DNA of 64,000 bases from Candidatus Fimenecus stercoravium (GTDB taxonomy: Bacteria > Bacillota > Clostridia > Oscillospirales > Acutalibacteraceae): NCBI GenBank assembly GCA_018711545.1, contig DVIC01000029.1, forward strand, positions 900-64,899, given 5' to 3'. Below, one piece after another: positions 46,326 through 54,112 of the stretch. The notes under the pieces are model-generated. The model saw only the letters and a list, made by a program, of their open reading frames with translations. It was not told the origin of the DNA and did not search any database. Both the position numbers and the translations under genes were made by a program. How positions within the stretch are numbered: position 1 is the stretch's first letter; each line of letters starts with the position of its first letter.

Positions 46326-47141
46326 TTATTCCGCTTCTTCCGCGATGATGACCGTCTTGAAATCCATTTTGTTCAAGGGGCGCTGCTCGCTGTCAAAGCT
46401 GAAGGTGTCAAAATGCACCACGACGTCATATTCGCCCGCGTCGAGCGCCCGATCCAGCGTGAAGCGGGAGATCGAATAGCCCGGCGGCAGCAGATCCGAC
46501 GTATAGATCGTTTCGCCCGTGTCGGACAGGGTGATCGTGATCCGGAAATAGCAGGGGTTGACCTCGGGGTTGGAGAATATGTAATTCTGCTCGAGCTGCC
46601 CTGCGACGAAGTGCATTTCCGTAATGCCCGTGAACTTAATGTTCGCGCCGGCCGTGTCGATATGCTCGGGGACGTCCAGCTCCCCTTCGCCGAGCTGCGC
46701 GTTCGGGTCGACCACGCCAAGCGGCGCGGTGGTGGTCTCCGGCTGTGTGCTCGCTTCGACCGCCGCGCGGATGCCGAACGCAAGACCTGCGATGAGCGCC
46801 AGCGCCAGCAGCGCGAGCAAGATCCACAAAAGCAGCGTGTCGCGCATGACGGCGATATAATCGTTGCCGCCGACGGGCACGTAGCCCGCCACGCGCTTGT
46901 GCGCGAGCTTCGCGACACTGTAAACGATCTCCTCGCCCTCGCCGCCCGACGAAAGCGTACCGAGCTGCTCGCGTCCCGCGCCGATCTGCCCGCGGACGTT
47001 GAACCCGCCCGACGGGTACAGCGTCTTCATATCCTTGCGCTTGATATAGGAAACGGTAAAGTTTGCAGAAGAATTGTTATACGTCCCGCGCGCCTCGCCC
47101 GCGCCCGAATAATCTGCATGAAACAACAGGGGTTCTGCCAA
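46326..47141 (-). CDS. bitopic membrane protein (cytoplasmic ~100 aa, one TM, extracytoplasmic ~145-aa beta-rich domain); first gene of operon
   Basis: TTG start lies 7 nt after GGAGGT. TM is TLLLWILLALLALALIAGLAFGI (aa 102-124). The external part reads ...NPEVNPCYFRITITLSDTGETIYTSDLLPPGYSISRFTL...GEYDVVVHF. Confidence 0.75.
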   Translation of the reverse strand: MAEPLLFHADYSGAGEARGTYNNSSANFTVSYIKRKDMKTLYPSGGFNVRGQIGAGREQLGTLSSGGEGEEIVYSVAKLAHKRVAGYVPVGGNDYIAVMRDTLLLWILLALLALALIAGLAFGIRAAVEASTQPETTTAPLGVVDPNAQLGEGELDVPEHIDTAGANIKFTGITEMHFVAGQLEQNYIFSNPEVNPCYFRITITLSDTGETIYTSDLLPPGYSISRFTLDRALDAGEYDVVVHFDTFSFDSEQRPLNKMDFKTVIIAEEAE

Positions 47142-47208
47142 GTTGAATACCTCCGAATTCGGTGAAAATAGAAAATTGCGACAATAACCCTATAATTAGG
47201 GATGTATT

Positions 47209-47238
47209 ATTATACCGTCTGCGGAAACAATTTGTCAA
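47209..47238 (-). promoter_or_regulatory. near-consensus sigma-A-type promoter of the surface operon
   Basis: Minus strand reads TTGACA (47238-47233)-18 nt-TATAAT (47214-47209), in a visibly AT-rich 47.16-47.39 kb spacer, ~65 nt upstream of the TTG start. Confidence 0.55.
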
Positions 47239-47493
47239 TAAAATATTAAAAATTTATCGGAAAAAAACACTTATTTTTCGCGGATTGTCGTTTCTAACTG
47301 AGCGATTTGCACAAAGTTCGATGAAGTTTTTTCACAAATCATTCAAACGCCTTGCATTTTATGCACACAAACCGGCAGCGCGCGCCGCAGGGGGTTGGGC
47401 GTGCCGCCGCCGGTTTGCGCCCAGCATCGGACATTTGTGCCCGGTACCGACAAAAGAGCAAGAAACGCAACAAAACGTTACAATAAAGTCAAG

Positions 47494-47727
47494 GTGATAG
47501 GTTTGGTTGGGCTAAAAGAAATCCGCAAGCGCCGGGGCTTGAATCAGCAGAAGGTCGCCATGGACTTGCACATCACGCGCGAAGCGCTCTCGCAGTACGA
47601 GAACGGCAAGCGGGAGCCGGGGCAGAAAATGCTTATTCGTATGTCGGAATACTTCGACGTGTCCATTCAATATCTGATCACAGGGCACGAATTCCAAAAG
47701 AAGCATCCCGACCCGCCCCGGCATTAA
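47494..47727 (+). CDS. XRE-family helix-turn-helix transcriptional regulator (~77 aa), divergent from the surface operon
   Basis: LKEIRKRRGLNQQKVAMDLHITREALSQYENGKREPGQKMLIRMSEYFDVSIQYLITG is a typical HTH_3 domain. Start is GTG 47494 or TTG 47503. Confidence 0.85.
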   Translation: MIGLVGLKEIRKRRGLNQQKVAMDLHITREALSQYENGKREPGQKMLIRMSEYFDVSIQYLITGHEFQKKHPDPPRH

Positions 47728-47896
47728 ACCAGCAATCGGCGTCTTTCCGCACAGGCGGGCGGTTTACGGCGCGCCCTTGTGCACGTTTTCCTGAATTTCC
47801 CAAGGGTCTGTTTTGCATTTTAGCCCCATGGCATGCCGTTTGCAAGGGGCGCGGGGCGAATGACCGTGTTGCGCGTGTGAAAAGCGCGGGCGCCGG

Positions 47897-48099
47897 TCAG
47901 ATGTCAGAAATCAGATGCGGTGCGGGCAGGTCTTCAGCAAAGCCACGGCTTCGCTGAAACAATTTGTTTGCAGTTGTAGGGGCGGGGTTCAGCAGAATTT
48001 GAATTGTTTTCGCAGCCGAAAGGTTGTGCAAACTTTCGGATTTAATGCATCCTTCCCGTACCACTTCTGACCTCTGACCTCTAACCCCTGAAATCTGAA
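47897..48099. repeat. complete ~200-bp MITE-like copy of the repeat family
   Basis: Left array TCAGATG TCAGAAA TCAGATG followed by CGGTGCGGGC. Internal GTAGGGGCGGGG (47976) and ...TTTTCGCAGCCGAAAGG... Right end CCCGTACCAC followed by TTCTGAC CTCTGAC CTCTAAC CCCTGAA ATCTGAA (48065-48099). The ends are inverted repeats of each other. Confidence 0.85.
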
Positions 48100-48137
48100 A
48101 AGGACGGTTTGTGTCGTCTCTGACACAAACCGTCCTT
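48091..48137 (-). terminator. intrinsic terminator after the 269-aa protein / GPH transporter unit
   Basis: 16-bp stem AAGGACGGTTTGTGTC/GACACAAACCGTCCTT (48100-48137), followed on the minus strand by TTTCAGATTTC. Confidence 0.6.
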
Positions 48138-48174
48138 TGCTTTATGCGTATATTGTATTTCGACTGCTTTCCGC

Positions 48175-48984
48175 TTACAGCGTCGTGATGTCCACGTACC
48201 ACTGCATGCCGATCTTCACAAGCGTACAGGTGTAGTCATACGCCTCGCCGTTCGCTGTGTAGCTGTAAGTAACCTCACACACGTCCGCAACGGCGTCCGG
48301 CGAAAGGCCGAACTGCGCATAGGTCGCGCGCGCCTTGTCGGAGAGCGCATCGCGGTACGCGGCGGTCTCCGCATCGGAGTATTCGCGCGTCACTTCCACC
48401 GAAGTCTGCTCGGCGTCCACGCCGTTTGCGGCGCTGTAGACGGCCACACTCGCTTCAAAACAGGTGACAAGGTCATCCTCCACCGCGCTCAGCGCCGGCT
48501 CGCCGAACACCTGTTCATAGGTCTCGACATATTTCGCCACATACAGCGTCAGCACCGTATCCAGTGTCTTGTCGGTGTTGCTCGCGATGATGTCGGCATA
48601 ATACGCGTCCATCACGTCGGACATCTGATGTTCGAGCGCCCCGAGTTCTTCGGGCGTGCGCTCCGTCGTGCTTTCGCCCTCAGGCAGGACGGGCTTGATG
48701 TAATTGTCGCGGAAATAATTGCCGAGATACAGGTTTTGGATAAGCGTTGTGTATTTCAGTGAGTTGAAATCGTCCTTGCCCACGACCGCCGAAGCACAAT
48801 ACTGCTCGGCGACGCGCTCGGGATAGAACATGATGTACCGCGAACGGAAATAGGTCGCGCTCACGGTGACGAGAAACGCGACGACCAGGAGGATCGCCAC
48901 AGCCATATAGCCTTTGTCAAAGCGCGCGGTGGTCATGTCCTTTTCGACGATCTCTTCCGCCGGTTTTTTTGCTTTCTTCGCCAT
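48175..48984 (-). CDS. N-terminally membrane-anchored protein, family not recognised
   Basis: 269 aa. Lys-rich N-terminus, then TM YMAVAILLVVAFLVTVSATYF. SD GGAGGAGG lies within the end of the upstream transporter gene (3-nt gap). Confidence 0.7.
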   Translation of the reverse strand: MAKKAKKPAEEIVEKDMTTARFDKGYMAVAILLVVAFLVTVSATYFRSRYIMFYPERVAEQYCASAVVGKDDFNSLKYTTLIQNLYLGNYFRDNYIKPVLPEGESTTERTPEELGALEHQMSDVMDAYYADIIASNTDKTLDTVLTLYVAKYVETYEQVFGEPALSAVEDDLVTCFEASVAVYSAANGVDAEQTSVEVTREYSDAETAAYRDALSDKARATYAQFGLSPDAVADVCEVTYSYTANGEAYDYTCTLVKIGMQWYVDITTL

Positions 48985-48986
48985 CC

Positions 48987-50444
48987 TTACGCCTCCTCCC
49001 CGTTTGCTGCGGCAAGCGCACGGCGCTCGGCAAGCTCTTTGGTGATCTTTTCTTTCTTCTTGCCTGTCAGGTCATAGAACAGGATCGGCAGCATCTGCCC
49101 GATGACGAAGATCGCGGGGATCAGCGTATAGATGAGCAGCAGCTTGTTGAGCGTGTCATCCGTTTGCGTTGCATACGCGATGTTCATATCCTGCGACTGC
49201 ACATAGCCCGACCAGATGACCAGTGCCGGCCCGAAGGACTTGGTCAGCGCCGCCGCGACCTTTGAGAAGAAGCCGTAGCCCGCGTAGCAAAGCCCCTCCT
49301 GGCGTTTGCCGGTCTTCCATTCGATCTCGTCCACGCAGTCGGCGATCATGACGTTCGGCGTCAGATTGGTGTTGCCGTGCTGGAGGCCGACGAAGAAGTT
49401 GATGATCAAAAACGGGATCATCAGCACGTCGGGGTTGAAGCCGATGACGCGGGAAACGACATACAGGATCGCAAGACTCGCCGAGCCGTACAGGCAGCAG
49501 ACGATATACACCTTGCGCGTATCCCACATTTTGAGAAGCTTTTTGACGATCAGCATCCCGACCGCCGTGCCGACGCCCATCGGCAAAAGCAGCCCGAGCT
49601 TGAGATCCTTCGAGCCCAGCATGTAAACGGCTATGTAAATGCTCACGGTGCTGTAAACGCCGCGGCCGAAGCCCGTGAATTTCGTAAGCGAGACCATCAG
49701 CAGGTTTTTGTTCGTGAACACGAACTTCAGGCTTTCCCACAGGCTGACCTTTTCAGCTGTATAGGGCACGCGCTCGCGGTTGTTCGTGAAAAAGATCATG
49801 CCGAACAGCACAAGCCCCAGCACGCAGACTGCCGTCGAGAGCATAAGGTCAAGGCCCTGCCCTTCCGCAGTTTTGAACTGCTGCTCACCCATGGCGGCTT
49901 TCATGATAAAGCCCACGACCGGCAGCACCACCAGCCCGCCGGACTGCCCGACGGAACGGAAGATGCTCGCGATGGAGATCGCGTCGCTGCGCTCCGACGG
50001 GTTCGGCGTGCAGCACGCGCCGAAGCAGTTGGCGGGACTTTCGACCGCACAGCTGACCGCCGTATACAGCGAATAGATCACAAACATCCAAACAACGGCG
50101 CCGAGGTAGCTGTTGGTGTTCGGCGCGATGAATACGAGCATCGCAACGACCGCAAGCGGGAGGATGCCGAACCCGATCCACGGGCGGATCTTGCCCCACC
50201 TGGTGCGGGTACGGTCTACAAGGATACCGATGACCAGCTCGCACGCCGCGCCCACAATGCCTGCCACGCCCGTGACGTAAGGCAGGATATTCATGATGCG
50301 CGCCGAGTCGATGTCCGTGCCCTTAAAGGCAAAGTCGTTGAAGAACGTGTAGGAATAGTCCGGCATCCAGCCCGTCAAAAGCGCGATGCCGAACAGCCCG
50401 ATGCCGTAAGTCCAGACCTCGGACCGTTTCATGTATTTTTTCAT
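48987..50444 (-). CDS. MFS/GPH-family (glycoside-pentoside-hexuronide:cation symporter-like) transporter
   Basis: About 12 TM segments. GPH-type loop LVDRTRTRWGKIRPWIGFG. ATG at 50444 follows GGAGAAGCGAGG. Confidence 0.82.
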   Translation of the reverse strand: MKKYMKRSEVWTYGIGLFGIALLTGWMPDYSYTFFNDFAFKGTDIDSARIMNILPYVTGVAGIVGAACELVIGILVDRTRTRWGKIRPWIGFGILPLAVVAMLVFIAPNTNSYLGAVVWMFVIYSLYTAVSCAVESPANCFGACCTPNPSERSDAISIASIFRSVGQSGGLVVLPVVGFIMKAAMGEQQFKTAEGQGLDLMLSTAVCVLGLVLFGMIFFTNNRERVPYTAEKVSLWESLKFVFTNKNLLMVSLTKFTGFGRGVYSTVSIYIAVYMLGSKDLKLGLLLPMGVGTAVGMLIVKKLLKMWDTRKVYIVCCLYGSASLAILYVVSRVIGFNPDVLMIPFLIINFFVGLQHGNTNLTPNVMIADCVDEIEWKTGKRQEGLCYAGYGFFSKVAAALTKSFGPALVIWSGYVQSQDMNIAYATQTDDTLNKLLLIYTLIPAIFVIGQMLPILFYDLTGKKKEKITKELAERRALAAANGEEA

Positions 50445-50485
50445 GTACGCCTCGCTTCTCCGAAGCCGCGCTTCGGCAGGAAATA

Positions 50486-50514
50486 GAAAAGAGTGTCGCT
50501 CGGACACTCTTTTC
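50486..50514 (-). promoter_or_regulatory. terminator-like hairpin located downstream of the predicted transporter promoter (leader attenuator, or terminator of the upstream lipid kinase gene)
   Basis: Minus-strand GAAAAGAGUGUC-CGAGC-GACACUCUUUUC followed by UAUUUCC. Confidence 0.45.
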
Positions 50515-50527
50515 CGTTCAATGTATA

Positions 50528-50556
50528 ATTATAAATCTCATTCGTATATCATGCAA
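50528..50556 (-). promoter_or_regulatory. candidate sigma-A-type promoter upstream of the GPH transporter
   Basis: Minus strand reads TTGCAT-17 nt-TATAAT, in an AT-rich spacer. Confidence 0.45.
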
Positions 50557-50596
50557 TACGCATTTTACACAAATTTTACATTTGCTTTACAGCGTT

Positions 50597-51553
50597 TTAA
50601 CGGACCGTGACCGTTTCCGGGTCGCGGTCTGCGCCTACGATCTGCTCATACGCCTGTACGTCCGGCACCACGATGCGTATGGCGCCCGGCAGCAGGGTAA
50701 ACGTGCTTTCCGTCACGTATTCGCACTCGCCGTCCACGTTGACTGCGGCGGGTTTTTTGCTTTCGATCACCATCTTCTTGCCGCGCACAAACGTGGTAAA
50801 ATCCCAGCCGAGATGCTCGCCGCGCTTGTATTTGCCCACCAAGCTTGCGAGCTTGAGCCGACCGAAGTCCTTGCGTACCATCACAAAGTCCAAAAGCCCG
50901 TCGTCAGGCACGGCCTTGGGCGCCCCCTTGTAGCCGCCGCCGTACCAGCGCGCGTTCGCGCAAAGGGCGAAGAGCATTTTGCCCTCGTAGACCTGCTTGT
51001 CGTCGATCGTGATGCGGAACTCGCTGTTGAGCCGCCGGAACAGGCAGTACACGAGCGAGAGCGTATAGGCAAGCTCCCCGGAAACGCCGGGCAGATGCTT
51101 GAAATAGATCTGCTTGGCGCAGACCTCGGCGTCAAGGCCCATCGAGCACTGGTTGATGGCGACCTGCTCGCCCGCCTGGATCAGATCAAAGCAGCGTGTT
51201 TCGCCCTCGACCTGCGCGCCGATATCATAGAGCTTATCGCTCTTGCCCAAAATGCGTGCAAAATCATTGCCGGAGCCGAGCGGGATGATGGCGACTTGGG
51301 CGTTCGGGTACTTGTATGCACCGTTGACGACCTCATACAGCGTGCCGTCGCCGCCGCAGGCGTAAAACCGCACCGGTTCGCCCGTCTGCGCGCGCTCGGC
51401 GACAAAGCGCTGTCCGTCGCCGGCCTCGGTGGTTACATAAATTTCATAGGAAAGCTGCGGGTGGGCGGCAAAATACGCCTCGATCTCGGGGACGATGCGC
51501 GCTTTGGCTTTGCCCTTTCCTGCGGCAGGGTTGACGATAAAAATATGCTGCAT
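50597..51553 (-). CDS. diacylglycerol-kinase-family lipid kinase (YegS/BmrU type)
   Basis: IFIVNPAAGKGKA, ACGGDGTLYEVVNG, IPLGSGNDFAR. Confidence 0.9.
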   Translation of the reverse strand: MQHIFIVNPAAGKGKAKARIVPEIEAYFAAHPQLSYEIYVTTEAGDGQRFVAERAQTGEPVRFYACGGDGTLYEVVNGAYKYPNAQVAIIPLGSGNDFARILGKSDKLYDIGAQVEGETRCFDLIQAGEQVAINQCSMGLDAEVCAKQIYFKHLPGVSGELAYTLSLVYCLFRRLNSEFRITIDDKQVYEGKMLFALCANARWYGGGYKGAPKAVPDDGLLDFVMVRKDFGRLKLASLVGKYKRGEHLGWDFTTFVRGKKMVIESKKPAAVNVDGECEYVTESTFTLLPGAIRIVVPDVQAYEQIVGADRDPETVTVR

Positions 51554-51596
51554 GGATTACACCTTCCTTATGCATAATATGCAGAATTCGGCTTTC

Positions 51597-52712
51597 TTAT
51601 TTATAATACATATACAAACGGCATTTGAGCATACCGTTGTAGAGCTTGCGGCTTTTGTCCGCGCGGCGACCGAACAGCGCTTCAAAATCGGGCTCGGGGC
51701 TGATGACGCTGTAGCTGAAGCCGTGCCGCTGCGGGAACACCCGCCCGAGCGTGCGCAGGATCTCCGCCGCTGCCCGCCGCGTCTGCATGCGTTCCCCGTA
51801 GGGCGGGTTCGTCACGACCGTGCCGTGCTGTGTTGCAGGCGCGAAATCCCGCACGTCGGCGCGTGCCAGATGCACGGTCTCCGAAACACCCGCTCGCCGC
51901 GCGTTTTCGCGTGCGATCTCCAAAGCAGCGCCGTCGATATCCGAGCCGATCGCCGCGAAATCCGGCGCGGGGCGGATCTCGGCCAGCGCGCGGGCGCGTT
52001 CTTCTTTCCAGACCGTTTCGGGGATCTGTTCAAAACGCTCGGCGGCAAACCGGCGCCGCAGCCCCGGCGCAATATTCTGCGCGAGCATTGCACCTTCGAT
52101 CAGGATCGTCCCCGATCCGCACATCGGGTCATACAGCGTGTGGTGCCCGCGCAGGTGTGACAGCGTGCACATCGCCGCCGCAAGCGTTTCTCGGATGGGT
52201 GCTTCGTTCGCCTCGGTGCGGTAGCCGCGCTTGTACAGCGGCTCGCCCGAGGTGTCCAGATACAGATCAACGCGGTTTTTGAGGATGGAAAAGCGAAGCT
52301 GCCGCCGCGCGCCCGTCTCCTCAAACCACGAAATACCGTACTTTTCTTTCAATCGTTCGACCGCCGCCTTTTTGATGATGGACTGGCAGTCGCGCACACT
52401 GAACAGATCGGAATTCAGCGTGTGCCCCGCAACGGGGAATGCGTCGTACCGTCCGATCCAGTTTTCCAGCGGCAGGGCGCGCACGCCTTGGAACAGTTCT
52501 TCAAAGGTGTGCGCCGTGAAGCTGCCGAGTACGACGAAGATGCGTTCGGCATACCGCACGCCGAGGTTCGCGCGCGCCAGCATGTATTCATCGCCCGCAA
52601 AGCGCACACGCCCGTTTTCGGCGGCAACCTTTTCTGCGCCGAGCGCTTTGAGCTCTTTGCTGACCAGACTTTCTAAGCCAAACAGGCACGGCGCGGCAAA
52701 TTCCAGCTCCAT
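51597..52712 (-). CDS. THUMP-domain class I SAM-dependent RNA methyltransferase (RlmL/YpsC-like)
   Basis: THUMP region followed by LYDPMCGSGTILIEGA and VVTNPPYGERM. ATG at 52712 lies 8 nt after GAAAGGAG. Confidence 0.85.
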   Translation of the reverse strand: MELEFAAPCLFGLESLVSKELKALGAEKVAAENGRVRFAGDEYMLARANLGVRYAERIFVVLGSFTAHTFEELFQGVRALPLENWIGRYDAFPVAGHTLNSDLFSVRDCQSIIKKAAVERLKEKYGISWFEETGARRQLRFSILKNRVDLYLDTSGEPLYKRGYRTEANEAPIRETLAAAMCTLSHLRGHHTLYDPMCGSGTILIEGAMLAQNIAPGLRRRFAAERFEQIPETVWKEERARALAEIRPAPDFAAIGSDIDGAALEIARENARRAGVSETVHLARADVRDFAPATQHGTVVTNPPYGERMQTRRAAAEILRTLGRVFPQRHGFSYSVISPEPDFEALFGRRADKSRKLYNGMLKCRLYMYYK

Positions 52713-52928
52713 CGGCACGACTCCTTTCCCAAGTCGCGGGCAACGCCGCAAATTTCGTCGAATGTATCTCAAGTATAAAGGCAACCCGCAAAAAAAGCAA
52801 GCAAAATGTTAGACATTCTGTCGGTTTGTTGGATTTACATGAAACGGACAATTTTGGCAGATCCGGCGTTTGCCCCATACGACAAAGCCGCCGCTGAGGC
52901 GGGCTCGGCGGCGGCGTATACGGCGGTT

Positions 52929-54017
52929 TTATGGTGCGGCGGGCGGGCGCGCGGCGGGCTTCGCGGCAAACAGAGGCTTGTCGATCGCCCCGGTCAGCTT
53001 CTTGAAGCCGACGGCAAGCAGCACGGTCGCTGCAAAGCTGAGAAAGACGAACAGGTACACATTCGTCACGCCGAGGCGCTGCAAAATAAGCATCGGGATG
53101 CGCATCAAAATATATATTTCAAACAGGTGCTTTCCGAAGAAAATGAGGATGGGGTTGCACACGTCCAGCTTCATGGTGGCAAACACCACCACAAGCCCCA
53201 TAAACAGATATTTCAGCACATAGAAGGCAAATGCATCCCGTCTTCGGTAATGCACATACAGGAAGATCGCGGTGCACAAAACGAACAGGACATACCAAAG
53301 CCACTTGTGCTTTTGCAGGGCGCGGTCGATCGCAGGGCGCGCGAGCGAAAACCACATGCCCAACGGATACAAGAGCACCGTGTCATACCACCACGCGCCT
53401 TTGATGTCGAACAGCACGGCGATATAGATTCCTGCAAGCGCCGTGACCGCGCAGGCGGCGGGGATATATTTCCCGCGGCTGCCGAAGACGGCGAAAGAAA
53501 GAACCGTGGCAAGGTACAGCACCAGGACGGCAAAGATGTACCAGTTGCTGTTGCCGACCGCCTCCCAGCCCGTAAACGAGAGCAGGATCTCGCGCAGGCT
53601 GTAATCCTGCAGCGTGCCAAGCGCGGCGTCGAGCGCGATATACAGCAGCACGGCAAGGTCGAAGTGCAGCAAGGTGCGCAGCACACGGTTTTTCGGCATC
53701 GCGCGCACATACGGCTTTCCTTTCTTTTTAATAGATTCCATGACCCCGTAGCCCGAATAAAACAGGAACATCACGACAACGCCCTGTTCCATTTTCTCCT
53801 GCACCCAAAAATACGGTTCGTGCAGCAGCGCGGGGCCCGGGTACGCGGGAATATAGCCGACCACATGGGTCAAAAATACAAGCAAAATAAAAATGCCCTT
53901 CATCGCCGTGGTGCGGTCAAAGTCTAAATAATGTTCGTTGAGCCCGGTAAGCACCGGCCGCGGCAGGCGCAGTTTATAAAAGCAAAGCGCCACGACCAAC
54001 AGCAGAAAGATCGTCAT
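52929..54017 (-). CDS. acyltransferase family 3 integral membrane protein
   Basis: 362 aa, about 10 TM segments. N-terminal block FDRTTAMKGIFILLVFLTHV is typical of Acyl_transf_3. Confidence 0.8.
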   Translation of the reverse strand: MTIFLLLVVALCFYKLRLPRPVLTGLNEHYLDFDRTTAMKGIFILLVFLTHVVGYIPAYPGPALLHEPYFWVQEKMEQGVVVMFLFYSGYGVMESIKKKGKPYVRAMPKNRVLRTLLHFDLAVLLYIALDAALGTLQDYSLREILLSFTGWEAVGNSNWYIFAVLVLYLATVLSFAVFGSRGKYIPAACAVTALAGIYIAVLFDIKGAWWYDTVLLYPLGMWFSLARPAIDRALQKHKWLWYVLFVLCTAIFLYVHYRRRDAFAFYVLKYLFMGLVVVFATMKLDVCNPILIFFGKHLFEIYILMRIPMLILQRLGVTNVYLFVFLSFAATVLLAVGFKKLTGAIDKPLFAAKPAARPPAAP

Positions 54018-54039
54018 CTCATATCCCCTTTATGCTTCA

Positions 54040-54090
54040 AAAGCAAAAACGGAACGGCGTGTTCCCGTTTTGTGGTACCGCCGTTCCGTT
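54040..54090 (-). terminator. intrinsic terminator of rplU-prp-rpmA
   Basis: 11-bp stem ACGGAACGGCG/CGCCGTTCCGT (54049-54089), followed on the minus strand by TTTTTGCTTTTG. Confidence 0.6.
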
Positions 54091-54112
54091 TTTATTCCGA
54101 TTTATTTTGCGC

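Noticed and set aside
35628-48137. Prophage, ICE or classical genomic island
   Set aside because: There is no integrase, recombinase, transposase, phage structural or conjugation gene, and no flanking tRNA. Coding composition looks like the flanks. Only the dispersed repeats mark the borders.
49377-50486. 369-aa plus-strand ORF (likewise 50582-51577, 52806-53927 and 58410-59378)
   Set aside because: These lie antisense to the GPH transporter, lipid kinase, acyltransferase and GDPD/MBL genes. Their composition is His/Arg/Asp-rich and typical of reverse-frame reading of GC-rich coding DNA.
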